64,000 bases of DNA from positions 35,340 through 99,339 of the IMG/VR virus record IMGVR_UViG_3300021256_000076; one strand, given 5' to 3'. The stretch comes from a virus. Lineage: Duplodnaviria > Caudoviricetes. Both the position numbers and the translations under genes were made by a program. The notes under the pieces are model-generated. The model was not told the origin of the DNA. It did not search any database and saw only the letters and a list, made by a program, of their open reading frames with translations. Shown piece after piece: positions 8,984 to 20,400 of this stretch (positions within the stretch are counted from its first letter, which is position 1; every line of letters starts with the position of its first letter).

Positions 8984-9752
8984 TTCTGATGATACTAGAG
9001 TGCTCACTTTGGAAGACTTTGCCAGATTTGAACAGAGAAGGCCTGTCAAAAGCAAGGAAGAAATGAAGCATCCTGTGGTTGAGTATGACATGGATGGAGT
9101 CCCTCTGAGAGAATACCCTGGCTGCAGGGAAGCTGGGGAGAGCAATGGGCTCAGTACTAGTGATGTTAGTAATATCTGCAGAGGCCGCTGGAAATACAGC
9201 ACCAAATTAATGAAGATATTTCTCTATAGAGGTGATGACATTGAGAAAAGAATGGCTCTTATAGAGAACATCTTTAAAACAAAGAAAACTCTACCTAAAT
9301 CTGTAGTGGAATACACCCTTGGCGGAAGACTCCTATATGTCTACGACAATATGACGCAAGCTGCAAGTGTAAACAATATCACCCCATTACTTGTATCCTC
9401 TTGCTGCAAAGGGAAAAGACTATATATAGGCAAGAAGATTTTTCTTTTTAAAGGTGATGATATTAAGCAAAGAGTTAGAGAGGTCAAAAGTGAACTTTAT
9501 AGATTGAGTCAGAAGAGACCAAAATATCTCCCTGTAGATGTCTTTACTTTAGAAGGGAAATTCATTAAAGGATTTCCTTCTGCCTCAGCTGCTTCAAGAG
9601 AACTTGGTGTGCCAGTGTCTAATATAACCAGATGTTGTTACGGGATTGACGGAAAAGGGTATCCCAAACTGACAGCTAACAGTAAGATATTCCTTTGGTT
9701 TGGAGAGAGTATTTCAGAAAGATTAAAACTAATTAAAGAGAAGAAAAAATGA
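8976..9752 (+). CDS. NUMOD1-like repeat DNA-binding protein
   Basis: Three repeats of V.(E/V)(Y/F)...G.......A......VS(N/S)(I/C)C.G....KIFL. Confidence 0.75.
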   Translation: MIDSDDTRVLTLEDFARFEQRRPVKSKEEMKHPVVEYDMDGVPLREYPGCREAGESNGLSTSDVSNICRGRWKYSTKLMKIFLYRGDDIEKRMALIENIFKTKKTLPKSVVEYTLGGRLLYVYDNMTQAASVNNITPLLVSSCCKGKRLYIGKKIFLFKGDDIKQRVREVKSELYRLSQKRPKYLPVDVFTLEGKFIKGFPSASAASRELGVPVSNITRCCYGIDGKGYPKLTANSKIFLWFGESISERLKLIKEKKK

Positions 9753-10180
9753 GTTTATCAAATTATGGATATGGGCTGTCTGACAATAGTCCAGACACTC
9801 CTTGGAATGAGCCAGAAGTTCCAGAAAGGGACTTTGAGGTAACATGTAGCCAATCTCTCAGTAGGACAGCTACAGTAACTACAAACAACTATATTCCATG
9901 TGCTGAGGATGTGTGGGATGATGGTGTAGGTTACCATGATGAGTGGGCAGATACTTCTGAGACTAATTGGGCTGATGAGTATAGTGAGTGTGGATATATG
10001 ACACCTCTTGAACTGATAGGGCTTCTGAAAGAGTATCTTGAGAAAGAACTCAGGGACATTCAGAGAGACATGCTTCCGAATGACAGGAGCTATAAGGCTA
10101 CTAAATCAAGGATGCTCAAGGGACTTATAGAAGAATGTGAGTGCTGGACTGAAGATGAAACAGAAATATGTGAAGGCTGA
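9749..10180 (+). CDS. hypothetical protein
   Basis: 143-aa acidic ORF with PWNEP motif and ATGA overlap. Confidence 0.7.
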   Translation: MSLSNYGYGLSDNSPDTPWNEPEVPERDFEVTCSQSLSRTATVTTNNYIPCAEDVWDDGVGYHDEWADTSETNWADEYSECGYMTPLELIGLLKEYLEKELRDIQRDMLPNDRSYKATKSRMLKGLIEECECWTEDETEICEG

Positions 10181-10181
10181 T

Positions 10182-10658
10182 ATGATACTAAATGAAAAAG
10201 GAAATATAAAACAATTTAATCTGGTAATATATCCAGTTGACTTTGTGGTGGTGATTGGGGATATGGAAGAGGAGGTAAATACTATTTATCAACCTTATGA
10301 GAAAGGTTATGAGGATGCCCATATTGCCCCTCCATCTTCTACAGGATGTACCTACAGAGTAAAGGAAAGAGAGACTGGTATTCCTTGTGTACTAATATGG
10401 ATAGGCAAGAAAGATGAGTTCACCTCTTCTATTGTAGCCCATGAGTGTGGCCATGCAGCTCTTGAGATATGGTGCTTTATCAAATCTGAGGTGTCACTGA
10501 CTAATCAGGAACCTTTCTGTTATCTTCTTGGCAACTTGATGAGACTGGCAGTAGGATGCTTTTATGAGATTCCTGGTATTAAGCCTCCAGTAGTCAGCAA
10601 GGATGCCTTTGAAAACCCTACAAGAGTAAAGAAAAACAAAACAACTAAAAAGAAATAG
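10182..10658 (+). CDS. small zincin-like metalloprotease domain protein
   Basis: VAHECGHAA followed by NQEPFCYLLG. Likely start is the ATG at 10182, just after the previous stop. Confidence 0.65.
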   Translation: MILNEKGNIKQFNLVIYPVDFVVVIGDMEEEVNTIYQPYEKGYEDAHIAPPSSTGCTYRVKERETGIPCVLIWIGKKDEFTSSIVAHECGHAALEIWCFIKSEVSLTNQEPFCYLLGNLMRLAVGCFYEIPGIKPPVVSKDAFENPTRVKKNKTTKKK

Positions 10659-10660
10659 CT

Positions 10661-10867
10661 ATGTGCCTACTTGATATTATGAAGGATGGCAGGTTCTACA
10701 AACAGCTCAAGTATACAAAGAGAGGTATTCCCGAAGAAATTGATGGGAAGATACTGGAGACCTTTGATGACTTTGAGCTTAAAAGCTTTGTTGAAGAGAG
10801 CCTGCCGTCCTTGAAAGGTAAGAACTATAGAATAAGATTTAGCGATGGAAAAATTAGTAGTACTTGA
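10661..10867 (+). CDS. hypothetical protein
   Basis: 68-aa ORF in operon. Confidence 0.6.
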   Translation: MCLLDIMKDGRFYKQLKYTKRGIPEEIDGKILETFDDFELKSFVEESLPSLKGKNYRIRFSDGKISST

Positions 10868-11018
10868 TTATAGCACTTGCACACTGCATGTGTATAATAT
10901 TAAGACAGAAGAGACTATATCAGATGAGTATATTGCCAATCTTGGATATAATCCTGATGCTTGTTACTGGATGATAGGAGATGTGGAAATACTTTATCAT
11001 AAAGGAATTCTCAAATGA
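10845..11018 (+). CDS. hypothetical protein (57 aa, below ORF-track cutoff)
   Basis: Manual translation MEKLVVLDYSTCTLHVY...YHKGILK. Confidence 0.6.
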   Translation: MEKLVVLDYSTCTLHVYNIKTEETISDEYIANLGYNPDACYWMIGDVEILYHKGILK

Positions 11019-11164
11019 AAGGCAAAAGCAGGGCTGACTATTGGAGAAACTGGTATAACAACAGAGGAGGCAAAGCCAAAGTTAAAGCCAGTATCAAGAG
11101 AAGACAACTTGAAAGTTTAGGATATTGGGAAGATATTATTAGTAAAACATCTAAATTTGACTAA
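11015..11164 (+). CDS. small basic hypothetical protein (49 aa)
   Basis: Manual translation MKGKSRADYWRNWYNNRGG...; ATGA overlap. Confidence 0.55.
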   Translation: MKGKSRADYWRNWYNNRGGKAKVKASIKRRQLESLGYWEDIISKTSKFD

Positions 11165-11166
11165 TT

Positions 11167-11391
11167 ATGATACCACTAAAAGTATTCAATGCTCTGCCTT
11201 CTAATAAGAGATTGCAGATAGCAAGGATTGTGTTTGGTCATATGGGGAATAACTTCATCACCCAGATAGCTACACCATTCCATCACAACTTTGATTATGG
11301 TGATGGTCATTGGTACAAACTTATGCTTGACCATTGCACCTACAATAAAGAGAAAAAACAAATAAAAGTAACCATTACAATTCCTGTATAA
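11167..11391 (+). CDS. hypothetical protein
   Basis: 74-aa ORF abutting the next gene. Confidence 0.6.
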   Translation: MIPLKVFNALPSNKRLQIARIVFGHMGNNFITQIATPFHHNFDYGDGHWYKLMLDHCTYNKEKKQIKVTITIPV

Positions 11392-11745
11392 ATGAAAACA
11401 ATAGTAACTCCAGTCAACTACACTGATGACCTTGAAAGAATGATGCAAGAGGAGAAATGTGATGTAGTAGGTATAGAGAGTATGTCTATTACATATACTC
11501 ATCCTGCTGATACATGCAGTTCTCCTGATGAGATTCAGTGTATCACCATCACTACACAATGTGGAGACTCCTGTACCATAGAAGAAGCAAAAAACCAAGA
11601 AGGATGCTACTTTAACATCTCAATTCCTGAAGGCCAGCATTGGTCTGTTGATGGTGGAGACTCTCTCAAAGCTCTAATTGATGATTTCAAGAAGAGATTA
11701 TATTTAGTAACAGATAACAAAACTGCTAAAAATAAATCAGAATAA
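11392..11745 (+). CDS. hypothetical protein
   Basis: 117-aa ORF in a tightly packed operon. Confidence 0.7.
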   Translation: MKTIVTPVNYTDDLERMMQEEKCDVVGIESMSITYTHPADTCSSPDEIQCITITTQCGDSCTIEEAKNQEGCYFNISIPEGQHWSVDGGDSLKALIDDFKKRLYLVTDNKTAKNKSE

Positions 11746-11746
11746 T

Positions 11747-11938
11747 ATGAAAATAAATTTAGACAATCCTTCTCAAGAACTGATTGATTTTCTTAAAGGA
11801 GGTGCAATTGGCATAGAAAAGGGTCACAATGAAATTGTACTACATAAGATGTCCAATTTTACTATTGAATGCAGTTCTGATTCTATTGATGATACTTATA
11901 ATAAAGTAATGAAATTAGTTCAATCAAATAGAAGCTAA
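11747..11938 (+). CDS. hypothetical protein
   Basis: 63-aa ORF. Confidence 0.55.
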   Translation: MKINLDNPSQELIDFLKGGAIGIEKGHNEIVLHKMSNFTIECSSDSIDDTYNKVMKLVQSNRS

Positions 11939-11965
11939 ATTCTGACAACACATCGAAGAATAATT

Positions 11966-12319
11966 ATGGAAGATTATGAGATTATTGGATGGCCTGATAT
12001 CCAGGCTTTCATGGAGTTGGATGGCTTTGAAGAGAATGTTACTCTTATTGAGCCTAATGAGTCTATGGGGATTGGCAGCAGCACATACCTTGTTAAGAAG
12101 GAATGGCTAGATTCCTTGGAAGTGGGGGTGAGAATAACCTTCAGAAGTGAAGTGTATCTCTCTGGAAAGACTTTACAGGAAATCAAGAATAAATGGGAGG
12201 AGCTTCCTCTCTACTCTGCTGATGCATTAGAATGTGCCAATGCGGATTTTGTTGAGGTGGTTTCTGTGGAAGGGGCATACAGCCATAAAGATATGATGTC
12301 TGAGTGGAAGAAATCTTAG
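11966..12319 (+). CDS. hypothetical protein
   Basis: 117-aa ORF with WPDIQAFME..GF and GSSTYLV segments. Confidence 0.7.
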   Translation: MEDYEIIGWPDIQAFMELDGFEENVTLIEPNESMGIGSSTYLVKKEWLDSLEVGVRITFRSEVYLSGKTLQEIKNKWEELPLYSADALECANADFVEVVSVEGAYSHKDMMSEWKKS

Positions 12320-12372
12320 AGAACTTCTTATAATATCTTATAACACTTTTTATTAAAGAAATAGACTCAAAC

Positions 12373-12388
12373 TATATTTGTACTTTTG
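12373..12388 (+). promoter_or_regulatory. tandem Bacteroidota -7 promoter boxes (TATATTTG, TACTTTTG)
   Basis: Two adjacent TAnnTTTG matches at the start of a 560-nt ORF-free gap. Confidence 0.7.
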
Positions 12389-12394
12389 TGGCGT

Positions 12395-12842
12395 AAAACA
12401 AGAGTGCAGGCTTGAGTTACAGAAGTTTCGGTGAAATAGGTGGCACTATTTTAGGGCCAATGCTATAAAAAGGAAATTTCCCATTGAGTACTGCACTACT
12501 TGATGGGATTTCTGATTATATAGCATTGGCTATTTTTAGTTCTGTGAATTGTTCCATCAGTTGCTACAAAAAAGCAGGTAAAATCCCAAAGACAAAAAGC
12601 ACCTATCCTACATAGTTTGGTAACAAGACACTAGCCCTGCTCTGTGCGTGCCACCTCACAACAGGCCAAACCGAAGCTAGCAATAGCAATGATAAAGTGA
12701 AAGGATGAAGCTGGAAGGCGAGACTAGGAATTTATCATGGACTGATATTGATTCCCTTGGAGGCATCCCTACTTGTTGCCTAGTCTGGTTGGATTATTCT
12801 GGTCAGTCAGCCCTTCGGGTATAACTTCGGAGGTAAAGGGGC
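12395..12842 (+). ncRNA. candidate large structured non-coding RNA
   Basis: Many stems, complementary loops, GCAA and cUUCGg tetraloops, an upstream promoter and no credible ORF (see findings). Confidence 0.6.
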
Positions 12843-12885
12843 AAAATATGCACTTATATAAACAAATAAAAAAACAACAATCAAA

Positions 12886-13356
12886 ATGAAAGAAGTAAAA
12901 GAAGAAATCAAGAGAGAAGTAGTAGATGTAAATACTTACTATGAGGCTATAGATGGCACAAGGTTCATTAACAAAGAAGAGTGTGTCAAGTATGAAAATA
13001 CAGTATGCTGTGTGCTGATTGCAAGAGCTAAGGCTTTTGCTATTGCTACAGAGGAAGAGCAAGCAATCAATCCTTTTGATGAAGGAGATGAAAATCAGTA
13101 TATCATGCTGCTACCTCAGAAGCAAGAGGATATTGACACTCTCAATCAACTCTATGTATTACCACGCTCAGGAGTATCAAAGGAGCCTTATTTCACAAAA
13201 GAGCATATTGGAAAGCTTATCCTTATGGGATATAGGACTTATAATAATGGTCTTGAGTGGTCATGGTTCAATGAAATGGATAAAGTTATATACACTATGA
13301 CTGGAGGTAAGTATGAATTGAAACTAAAAAGCAATGAAGTGCCTAATGAGAAATAG
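12886..13356 (+). CDS. hypothetical protein
   Basis: 156 aa; YEAIDGTRF..KEECVKYE is a common N-terminus of small phage proteins. Confidence 0.75.
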   Translation: MKEVKEEIKREVVDVNTYYEAIDGTRFINKEECVKYENTVCCVLIARAKAFAIATEEEQAINPFDEGDENQYIMLLPQKQEDIDTLNQLYVLPRSGVSKEPYFTKEHIGKLILMGYRTYNNGLEWSWFNEMDKVIYTMTGGKYELKLKSNEVPNEK

Positions 13357-13483
13357 GGAGTGTCCTCATGCAGGCAGGATGATAATAGAAGGATTCCCAG
13401 AATGGAGAGAGAAAGAAGGTTTTCATGAATACACTGTATGCTATAATGATGAAATTAACAGAGACCCAACTAAATGTAAATAA
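13346..13483 (+). CDS. hypothetical protein (45 aa)
   Basis: Manual translation MRNRECPHAGRMIIEGF...PTKCK fills the gap. Confidence 0.45.
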   Translation: MRNRECPHAGRMIIEGFPEWREKEGFHEYTVCYNDEINRDPTKCK

Positions 13484-13485
13484 CT

Positions 13486-14085
13486 ATGGCAAATATGGCA
13501 AGTGTAGCTTACGCCATTGAAGGCTCTAAGGAACTTTTGGAAAAAATTGAAAAGGCTATCCTGAAGCATCCTGTGACAGAAGGAGCAGATGAGCATTGGG
13601 AAGGAGACATTCTTAATGCACTTGGCTGTAAATGGATCAGCAGGGATGAAGACAGGGAGAATGGCAAATATATGAGAGGCTTCATATTTGATACTCCCTG
13701 GTGGGGAAATGACAGCCATACTGTTCTTAGGTTCTCTGCCGAGGAGGCTTGGGGTATTACTAATTTCTATGAAGTGCTGGAAGAGAATTTCCCAGACATC
13801 AAAATCTATTGGATTGTGGAGGAGAGCGGAGAGGAAATCTATGCCACCAATGACAAGGAAGGAAAGTATTTCCCAGATAGATTCTATGTGGATGCCTGTA
13901 TAGATGGGGAGTATCAGATGGATTACTTTACAAATGAGGAGTCCATGTACAAATGGATTGCAGACATCACTAAGAACAGAGTGAAGACTCCTGAAGAAGT
14001 AGAGGTATTCAATGCTGACTATGAGGACTCTGCTGCTGAAGATGAGAACTTCATCATTATACATAGATTTGAAGTTATGGATTAA
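13486..14085 (+). CDS. YubB/DUF1281-like ferredoxin-fold protein
   Basis: MAN..S...I.G start, LRFSAEEAW and ENFPDIKIYW..EE.G. Confidence 0.55.
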   Translation: MANMASVAYAIEGSKELLEKIEKAILKHPVTEGADEHWEGDILNALGCKWISRDEDRENGKYMRGFIFDTPWWGNDSHTVLRFSAEEAWGITNFYEVLEENFPDIKIYWIVEESGEEIYATNDKEGKYFPDRFYVDACIDGEYQMDYFTNEESMYKWIADITKNRVKTPEEVEVFNADYEDSAAEDENFIIIHRFEVMD

Positions 14086-14096
14086 TTTAAAAGATT

Positions 14097-14276
14097 ATGA
14101 ATGTTAGAGAATTAAGGACATATCCTGGCTTTAAAGAACACATGGAGAAAATAATGTCTGGTGAATGTGATGACTATGATGTTTTAATTCAAGTTAATGG
14201 ATATGCGGCACCAGCAACTTTTGTTAATGTGGATGATAAACTTAAAACTGTCTGGTTTGCAGGCAGAGATGATTAA
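14097..14276 (+). CDS. hypothetical protein (59 aa)
   Basis: Manual translation MNVRELRTYPGFKEHMEK...FAGRDD. Confidence 0.5.
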   Translation: MNVRELRTYPGFKEHMEKIMSGECDDYDVLIQVNGYAAPATFVNVDDKLKTVWFAGRDD

Positions 14277-14327
14277 TTAATAGCTATGGAAATAGGTAAA
14301 GAAACTCTATAATAAAGAGTAACTATC

Positions 14328-14362
14328 AAGGAGAAGGATGATTGCCTTCTCCTTTCTTTTTT
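14328..14362 (+). terminator. intrinsic terminator ending the replication/small-gene block
   Basis: AAGGAGAAGG-7 nt loop-CCTTCTCCTT followed by a T-tract. Confidence 0.85.
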
Positions 14363-14428
14363 CAATACTAACCCTTAATAGGCTTAAAGGTTTTACTTAT
14401 TTTATCATGGTTTATCAAGTAAAAGTAT

Positions 14429-14436
14429 TACCTTTG
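14429..14436 (+). promoter_or_regulatory. -7 promoter box for the RNAP/cargo operon
   Basis: TACCTTTG 30 nt upstream of the ATG at 14466. Confidence 0.75.
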
Positions 14437-14465
14437 CCCTAAAATATTAATAATAAGAAAGTAAA

Positions 14466-17400
14466 ATGGCATCACCGAAGTGTTATATAGTCAATAGTAG
14501 AATTGATGGCAAGATTGCTGAATGGTTTGGCTGGTCTCCTCAAATGGGTAAGAGAGGCATGAATCCTGCTAAGATAGCTTCTTTGCGAGGTCTATATGAC
14601 CAGCAGGCAGAAGAAAAGGGAATAGAACCTTTATTGCCTATGGATAATCCTACAGATGAGGACCTTGAGAAGGCTGCTAAGGCTTTGATGAAGTTCAGGA
14701 CTGGCATTAGGGAATCCCATAGAGCAAGAATGGCTAGAGGTACCAAGCATATAGATAGGGCCTACGATACATTAAGGCACTCTTACTCTCTTCATCAAAG
14801 GCAAAGCAGAATCAGCCTTATCTCTAATCTCTTTTCAGAAGAGGTTGACAGACTGATGGAAGGAGGAAAGGCAGATCGTCAGAAATATGTTAATGGTTTT
14901 TCCACTATCAGCGGTGAGTTTGTTGGAGGAGAATTCTCTATTCTTGAAGGAGTTTATAATAATTTATTAGAAATTCGTGCAAACTACTATAGGTCTGCTG
15001 ATGACCCGAATACCCACTTTAATAACCTGAAGCAGGCTACTATTGAAGCTGAAGGCAGAGGAGAACTTGGTCCTCTTAGTTTTGCCGGTGCCCCTCAGAC
15101 TGTGGAAGAATACAGAAAAATGTCTCAGCATTGTTATGAGGAATATACTAAAGTGCTGGAAAACTGGGATGAGCTGGTTCCTTTTGTACTCAAAGATCTG
15201 GTAAAGAAAGAAGGTGTTAAGATTGGTGTCAAGAAAGAATACGCTGTAGCAGCCTCTTCAGATAGTTTCGGTGATAATGATATTGCAGCCAAGTGGGATA
15301 TGTCTGAATCCAAGCGTGATGGTTGGATGGAAAACTCAGACCTTCAAAGCTCTTTTGGTTCTGTTGGTCAGCAAGTCAGAAGAATACTTGCCACTGTTCC
15401 CATGATGGAACAAGAGCCTCATTTTGTCCCTGCAACAAATCTTGACGGAACTCCTTATAGGAAGTATGTAGGCATGAAATCCATTCCTGTTGTAGATGAT
15501 TTAGGCAATCAGGTCTTCATGGATCCCATGAAAACTCATCAGGAACTTCAGGAATTCCTTAAGGGCATACAGAACTCTGAGGACATGCTTTATAAGATGT
15601 GCAAGAAAGGTAAGCCTGGAGAAGCCAAGATCCCTTGGATGCAGCCTATTGTAGATGTACTGATAAGCAATCCTCAGGCAAGCACTCAGTTCTTCTGTGA
15701 TTTCAAGAGAAACTTTCAGCCTTATTCTATTATGTTTGATGATAAGGAAGAGGGCAATAGCTTTATCCGTAAAATCAAGACAAGGGTACTCAATAAGGCT
15801 AAAAACTATCTGAAGGGTAAGTATGACATGACAATATCTTCTAAGGGTAAGCTTCCTGCTAACTCAAAGGTGTGGATTGAAAAGAGCCAGGTAGTTTTTG
15901 ATGAAGACACTAAGGAAGTAAACTGGAAGAGACTTGCAGAGCTTCGTCAGGAAGTACTGAAATGGACTAAGGAAGATACTGCGCCTGTAGAAAATGAGCA
16001 GCAGGGTCTTGACCTTCGCACTGCTAAGAAGTTTGGAGTTTCAACAGCCCCACTGATTAATAATGCCAGAGATGCCTCTATTGTTGTTGACGGCAAGACT
16101 CAAAGGGTTACCTATGAGATGAAGCGTAAATTCCTGATGGATGTCTTCTCGTCTCTTGGGTATGATGTAACTGTAGATACTATTGATAGTATTCTCCAGT
16201 CAAGGGATATCTATACTGTCAGAGAACAGTTGGAACAGCTATTTGACTCAACAGGTAAGACAGGTCTGGTTTATATGCTTGGCGAGAAAGGAGGCTTTAA
16301 TGAGCGTAAAACCTTCAAAGAGATTACTTCTGGAAAGAAGGATATCAGAGAAGCTGCTGTAAAAGCATTGTCTGATAGACATATTAAATTCAGAAGTCTA
16401 TATCAAAGACCTTCAGATAATGGAAGACCTATCCAGGAACACTCAGAAAAGTTGTTGGATACTATCAGTAAACATCAGGAAGGGTATAGAGTAGAATCGA
16501 GAGTTAGATACAATGGTAATACCATGTACTCTTTTGTTTCTCCTTCTTATCTGGGTGATAGACTTGAGGTTATTCAAAGCTACGTTGAAGCTGATAATAA
16601 GATTGGCTTGTTACAGTTCTTGAGAAATGAGTACCTTAATAGTCCTTTCTTTGTAGATGACGAGTATCTTGCTTATAATGGTGCATCTGGAAGAATTCTT
16701 AACATGTGGCTTTCTGACATGGTAGCTGCTTGTAAAGATAGAAAAACTCCTTTGATGGAATCTGTAGCTGCTATCTTCAACTATGAGAGGGATCTTGGAA
16801 GGGAAGATAAGAAATTTGAAGACTTTACAGCTAAAGAACATGGTCTGGATATGTTTGTGCATTTCTTTGCAGATGAGCAGCAGAGAAAAGGATATGGAGG
16901 AAGAGGAACCAATAATCTCCAAAAGAAGCTTTCAGCCATGTATCCTGTGTTTATTCTTGGTGATGCTGGTGTAAGCAAGTATATCAGAGCACCTAGAATA
17001 TCTTCCGCTGTTCCTATTGACAAGAATGGGAATGTGCTTGATATGGCAGATGCTGGAAAGAGGGTTAAAGTTGAGTATAGGTTTGACAGTGAAGCTCAGG
17101 AAAAGATACTGGATGCCTTCTGGGATGTTTATATGCAGGAGAAAAGGCGTATGGCCATGGATGAAGCTATGACCTATAAGATGTATGCCAACGGCAAGGA
17201 AGTAAAACATCCTAAGGGAGAGTTTTCTATTCTTACATTCTTCAATGATGAGAACTATTCTATCCCGCAAGGTAAAGAGTATGACAGCCCTACAATTAAG
17301 GCTATCATTCGCCAATATCTGGAAGATGCATCTATTGGCAGTGATACTCTGAAGAGCAAAGGAAGAAAGTCTTTTAAACAAAGAATGGAAGATCTTGGTA

Positions 17401-20400
17401 TTCTTGAGACTGTAGATGCAAGAAAAGGCAAGGCAATTGTAAAGACCTATCGTAATATCAGCAGCATTGCTACTCCAGAAAATATTGATGATAAAATCCG
17501 TGAGTTCTATTGGAACACTAAGTTAGCTACAGCACAGCAGCTTCAGATAATGACTATTGATCCTAGTTTCTATCATGGTACAAAAGACCTTCAGAAGCGT
17601 TATAAGGAAATTCATGCTCCAGGCACTGTATTGGATGTGAAAGCAGTGGATTTTGATGGGCAATTATATTGTCCTGAAAGATATACTACAAGGAACGGTG
17701 TCTCTCATACTATTCCTGCTGGTACAGAATGTGTAGCTTACTTTGATGATGTCAGGGTAGATGCAGATGAGACTAACAAGGAGTTTATGGATGTTATGAG
17801 GAAAGTCTTCAAAGATAATCCTGAGATTGTGGAGGAGTATAAGAAAAATACTCTTACTGATGGACAGGGATATAGGACTCTGACTTCTTACAGAAGGGTA
17901 ATGGGCATGGCTGGCAGATGGACTAAAGATCAGGACGAGGCCTATAAAGCCATTATGCAAATCAGAAGCCGTCATATTGCTGATGACTCTGACACTACTC
18001 CTGAAGAACTGGAACAAATTGCTAAGCTTGCTGTTGTACTTCAACCTATCAAACCTTACATGTTTACACATGAGAAGTATCCTATTAAGATAAACAAAAA
18101 GGATAGTAACAGTAATGATGTTATAGGCACTGATGGCAATCCTGTAAAGATAGATGCCTACCAACTAATCCCTGTACAGCATAAGTATGCAGAAGCCTTG
18201 ATTATTCCAGAACTGATGCCAAAGGGAAGTAAGTTGAGAGACCTTGCCAACTGGATGGAAGCCCATGAGGTTGACATGGTGGGCTCTACAAAGATTGGCA
18301 AAGTAGGTGTATTCGGCCAGGCCAAGCTGGAAGGAATTACTGATAAGGCTGGTCTTGAAACAGCCATGTCAGCAGCTTACATTCATGAGCTGCCATATTC
18401 TGACTATAGGATTCAAACTAATGTTCCTGAACACATCAATAGCTCTCAGCTATTTGGTACACAGGTAAGAAAGCTTATTATGTCTGGGCTAGATATGCGA
18501 GATGACTATACCTCATATCTTGAAAATGCCACAGGATTTAATGGCACAATCAATCTCAGCACTTCTACTGATGAAAATGATTCTAACAAAAAAGCTTCTT
18601 TAAGAGGTAGAAATCTATTAGCTCTCTACAATTCTCTTATCTGTGCCAATATCATGGATTCCTATGATAAATTTGCCCAGAATGCAGGAGACATTGAGGC
18701 TTTGGCTGACATGCTCCAACAAAGTACTGTAGGCTCTACAAGAGAAGCTATGGATAATCTGTTCAGCTATGTTGTAACAGGCAATGAGAAAGCATTTAAG
18801 AAGTTCTTGATTCCTCTCTTCGAAGGAGGTTTGGAACATGACTCTGCAGCATTGATACTTTCAACATTCAAGAAGATTGTCAACAAACAGCAGATTTCTG
18901 GCGGTTCAGCTGTTCAGGTCAGTGCCTTTGGTATAGATGGCTATGAGAAGGATGGTGGCTTGAGGTATGTGGCAGATCCTGATAATGATGCCAATATTCT
19001 CTATGCAGAAATCGAGATGCCTTTTGATAAGAGCTTCATGCTGGATGTAAAGGATGCAAATGGCAATGTTACAAAGCAGCCTGTAAGTCTATCCTATGAC
19101 AAATATTGCTATTCTAATGGCTACCTTATTCCTACAGGTGAGGCTATTGAAGAAAAGCTTCCAAATGGTAAAATCAATCCTATATGGAAGAAGTATCAGA
19201 GCTATACCTATAAGGAAGTTGATGGCAAGCTTGTGCCTTGTAAGTTTGATGACCAGAATGCTGAGGTCTACAAGCCCTTGATTGAAGAAGAATATCCAGA
19301 TATCTTAAGTATTCTTGCCTATCGTATTCCTACTGAAAGGGACTACTCAATGATTAACTGCCAGATAAAGAGGTTTACTCAAAAGACAGCAGGCGGTACA
19401 TTGAAGGTTCCTCCTCAGGGAACAACTATTGCAGGATTTGACTTTGATATTGATAAGCTGTATTTTATGCAGCGTGAGTATCACAAGCACTACAATGACA
19501 AGGCTTATGTAGAAAGTAATTTTTCTGATCGTGATAAGCTTGACATCTGGAGTATTTTCTTTGATGCTAACCCTGAAATCAAGCAGGCTTTGGAAGCTGC
19601 AAGAGCTGAAGCTGAATCAAAAGACTCAAACCTTGTAGATTATGTTCCTATTATCCGCAAAGGTGTTGATACTGGAAGGAAGAGACTGCATCATAAGACA
19701 ACCTTAAACTCCTATTGGGATGCTGCCAACATCGAAAAGGGGTTTGGTAAAAATAAAGGTGTTGCCTTTATGGAGACTGCCCAGTCTGAAGGGATCAAGC
19801 CTACTCAGAATGTATCCACCAATACTACTGAATGGATGGAATCCTATGACTTTGATAAGTCTCCTGAAGAAAATACAAGAGCTGCAAGGAACAATCTGTT
19901 GATTACTTTGATTCAGGCAAGGCTTATGGATCCTGCTACTGCAAAGCAGAGGTATACTCCTGGTGGATTTGCCAATGCTTCCAAGGCAGCAAGACTTATG
20001 AGGGAACTGTTCCATGGTGACCTGACAGGTGTCTACAGCAATGGTAGAGTTGATATGGCAGCTCTTGAGAGAAGACAGGATAGTGATACTGACCCTGAGC
20101 CTAATTATGACCCGACAGATCCCTATACAATGCTGGTATATAATCAGCAGAATCAGGTAGCTGCTAAGCTTATTGGCATCTTTGCTAATCAGAATACCAA
20201 TCATGCCTTTGCATCTTCAATGGATGTCTTTGAGCTGTTGGAGTCTATTAGTTTTTGTGGTAAATCTGCAAAGGATCTGTTATATAAACCAGCTCCTAAT
20301 GCAAGTCAGCAAGAAAAGGACAGGTTAGCAGATAAGAGGGCAGAAATTGACCTTAACATGGCTGAATTCCTAGCAGCTTCTGTGGATGCTGTTAAGGACC

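Noticed and set aside
12320-12885. tRNA, CRISPR array or group I/II intron in the long intergenic gap
   Set aside because: No cloverleaf with a TTCGA arm, no spaced direct repeats, no interrupted flanking gene and no recognisable intron core.
12769-13062. Minus-strand 97-aa ORF and the many other antisense or nested ORFs in the track
   Set aside because: They overlap well-supported genes on the opposite strand or frame and have no recognisable motifs; treated as shadow ORFs.
14401-14417. TTTATCA direct repeat upstream of the RNAP promoter, with TTTATCATGG also at 12731
   Set aside because: Short and AT-rich; not distinguishable from chance by eye.
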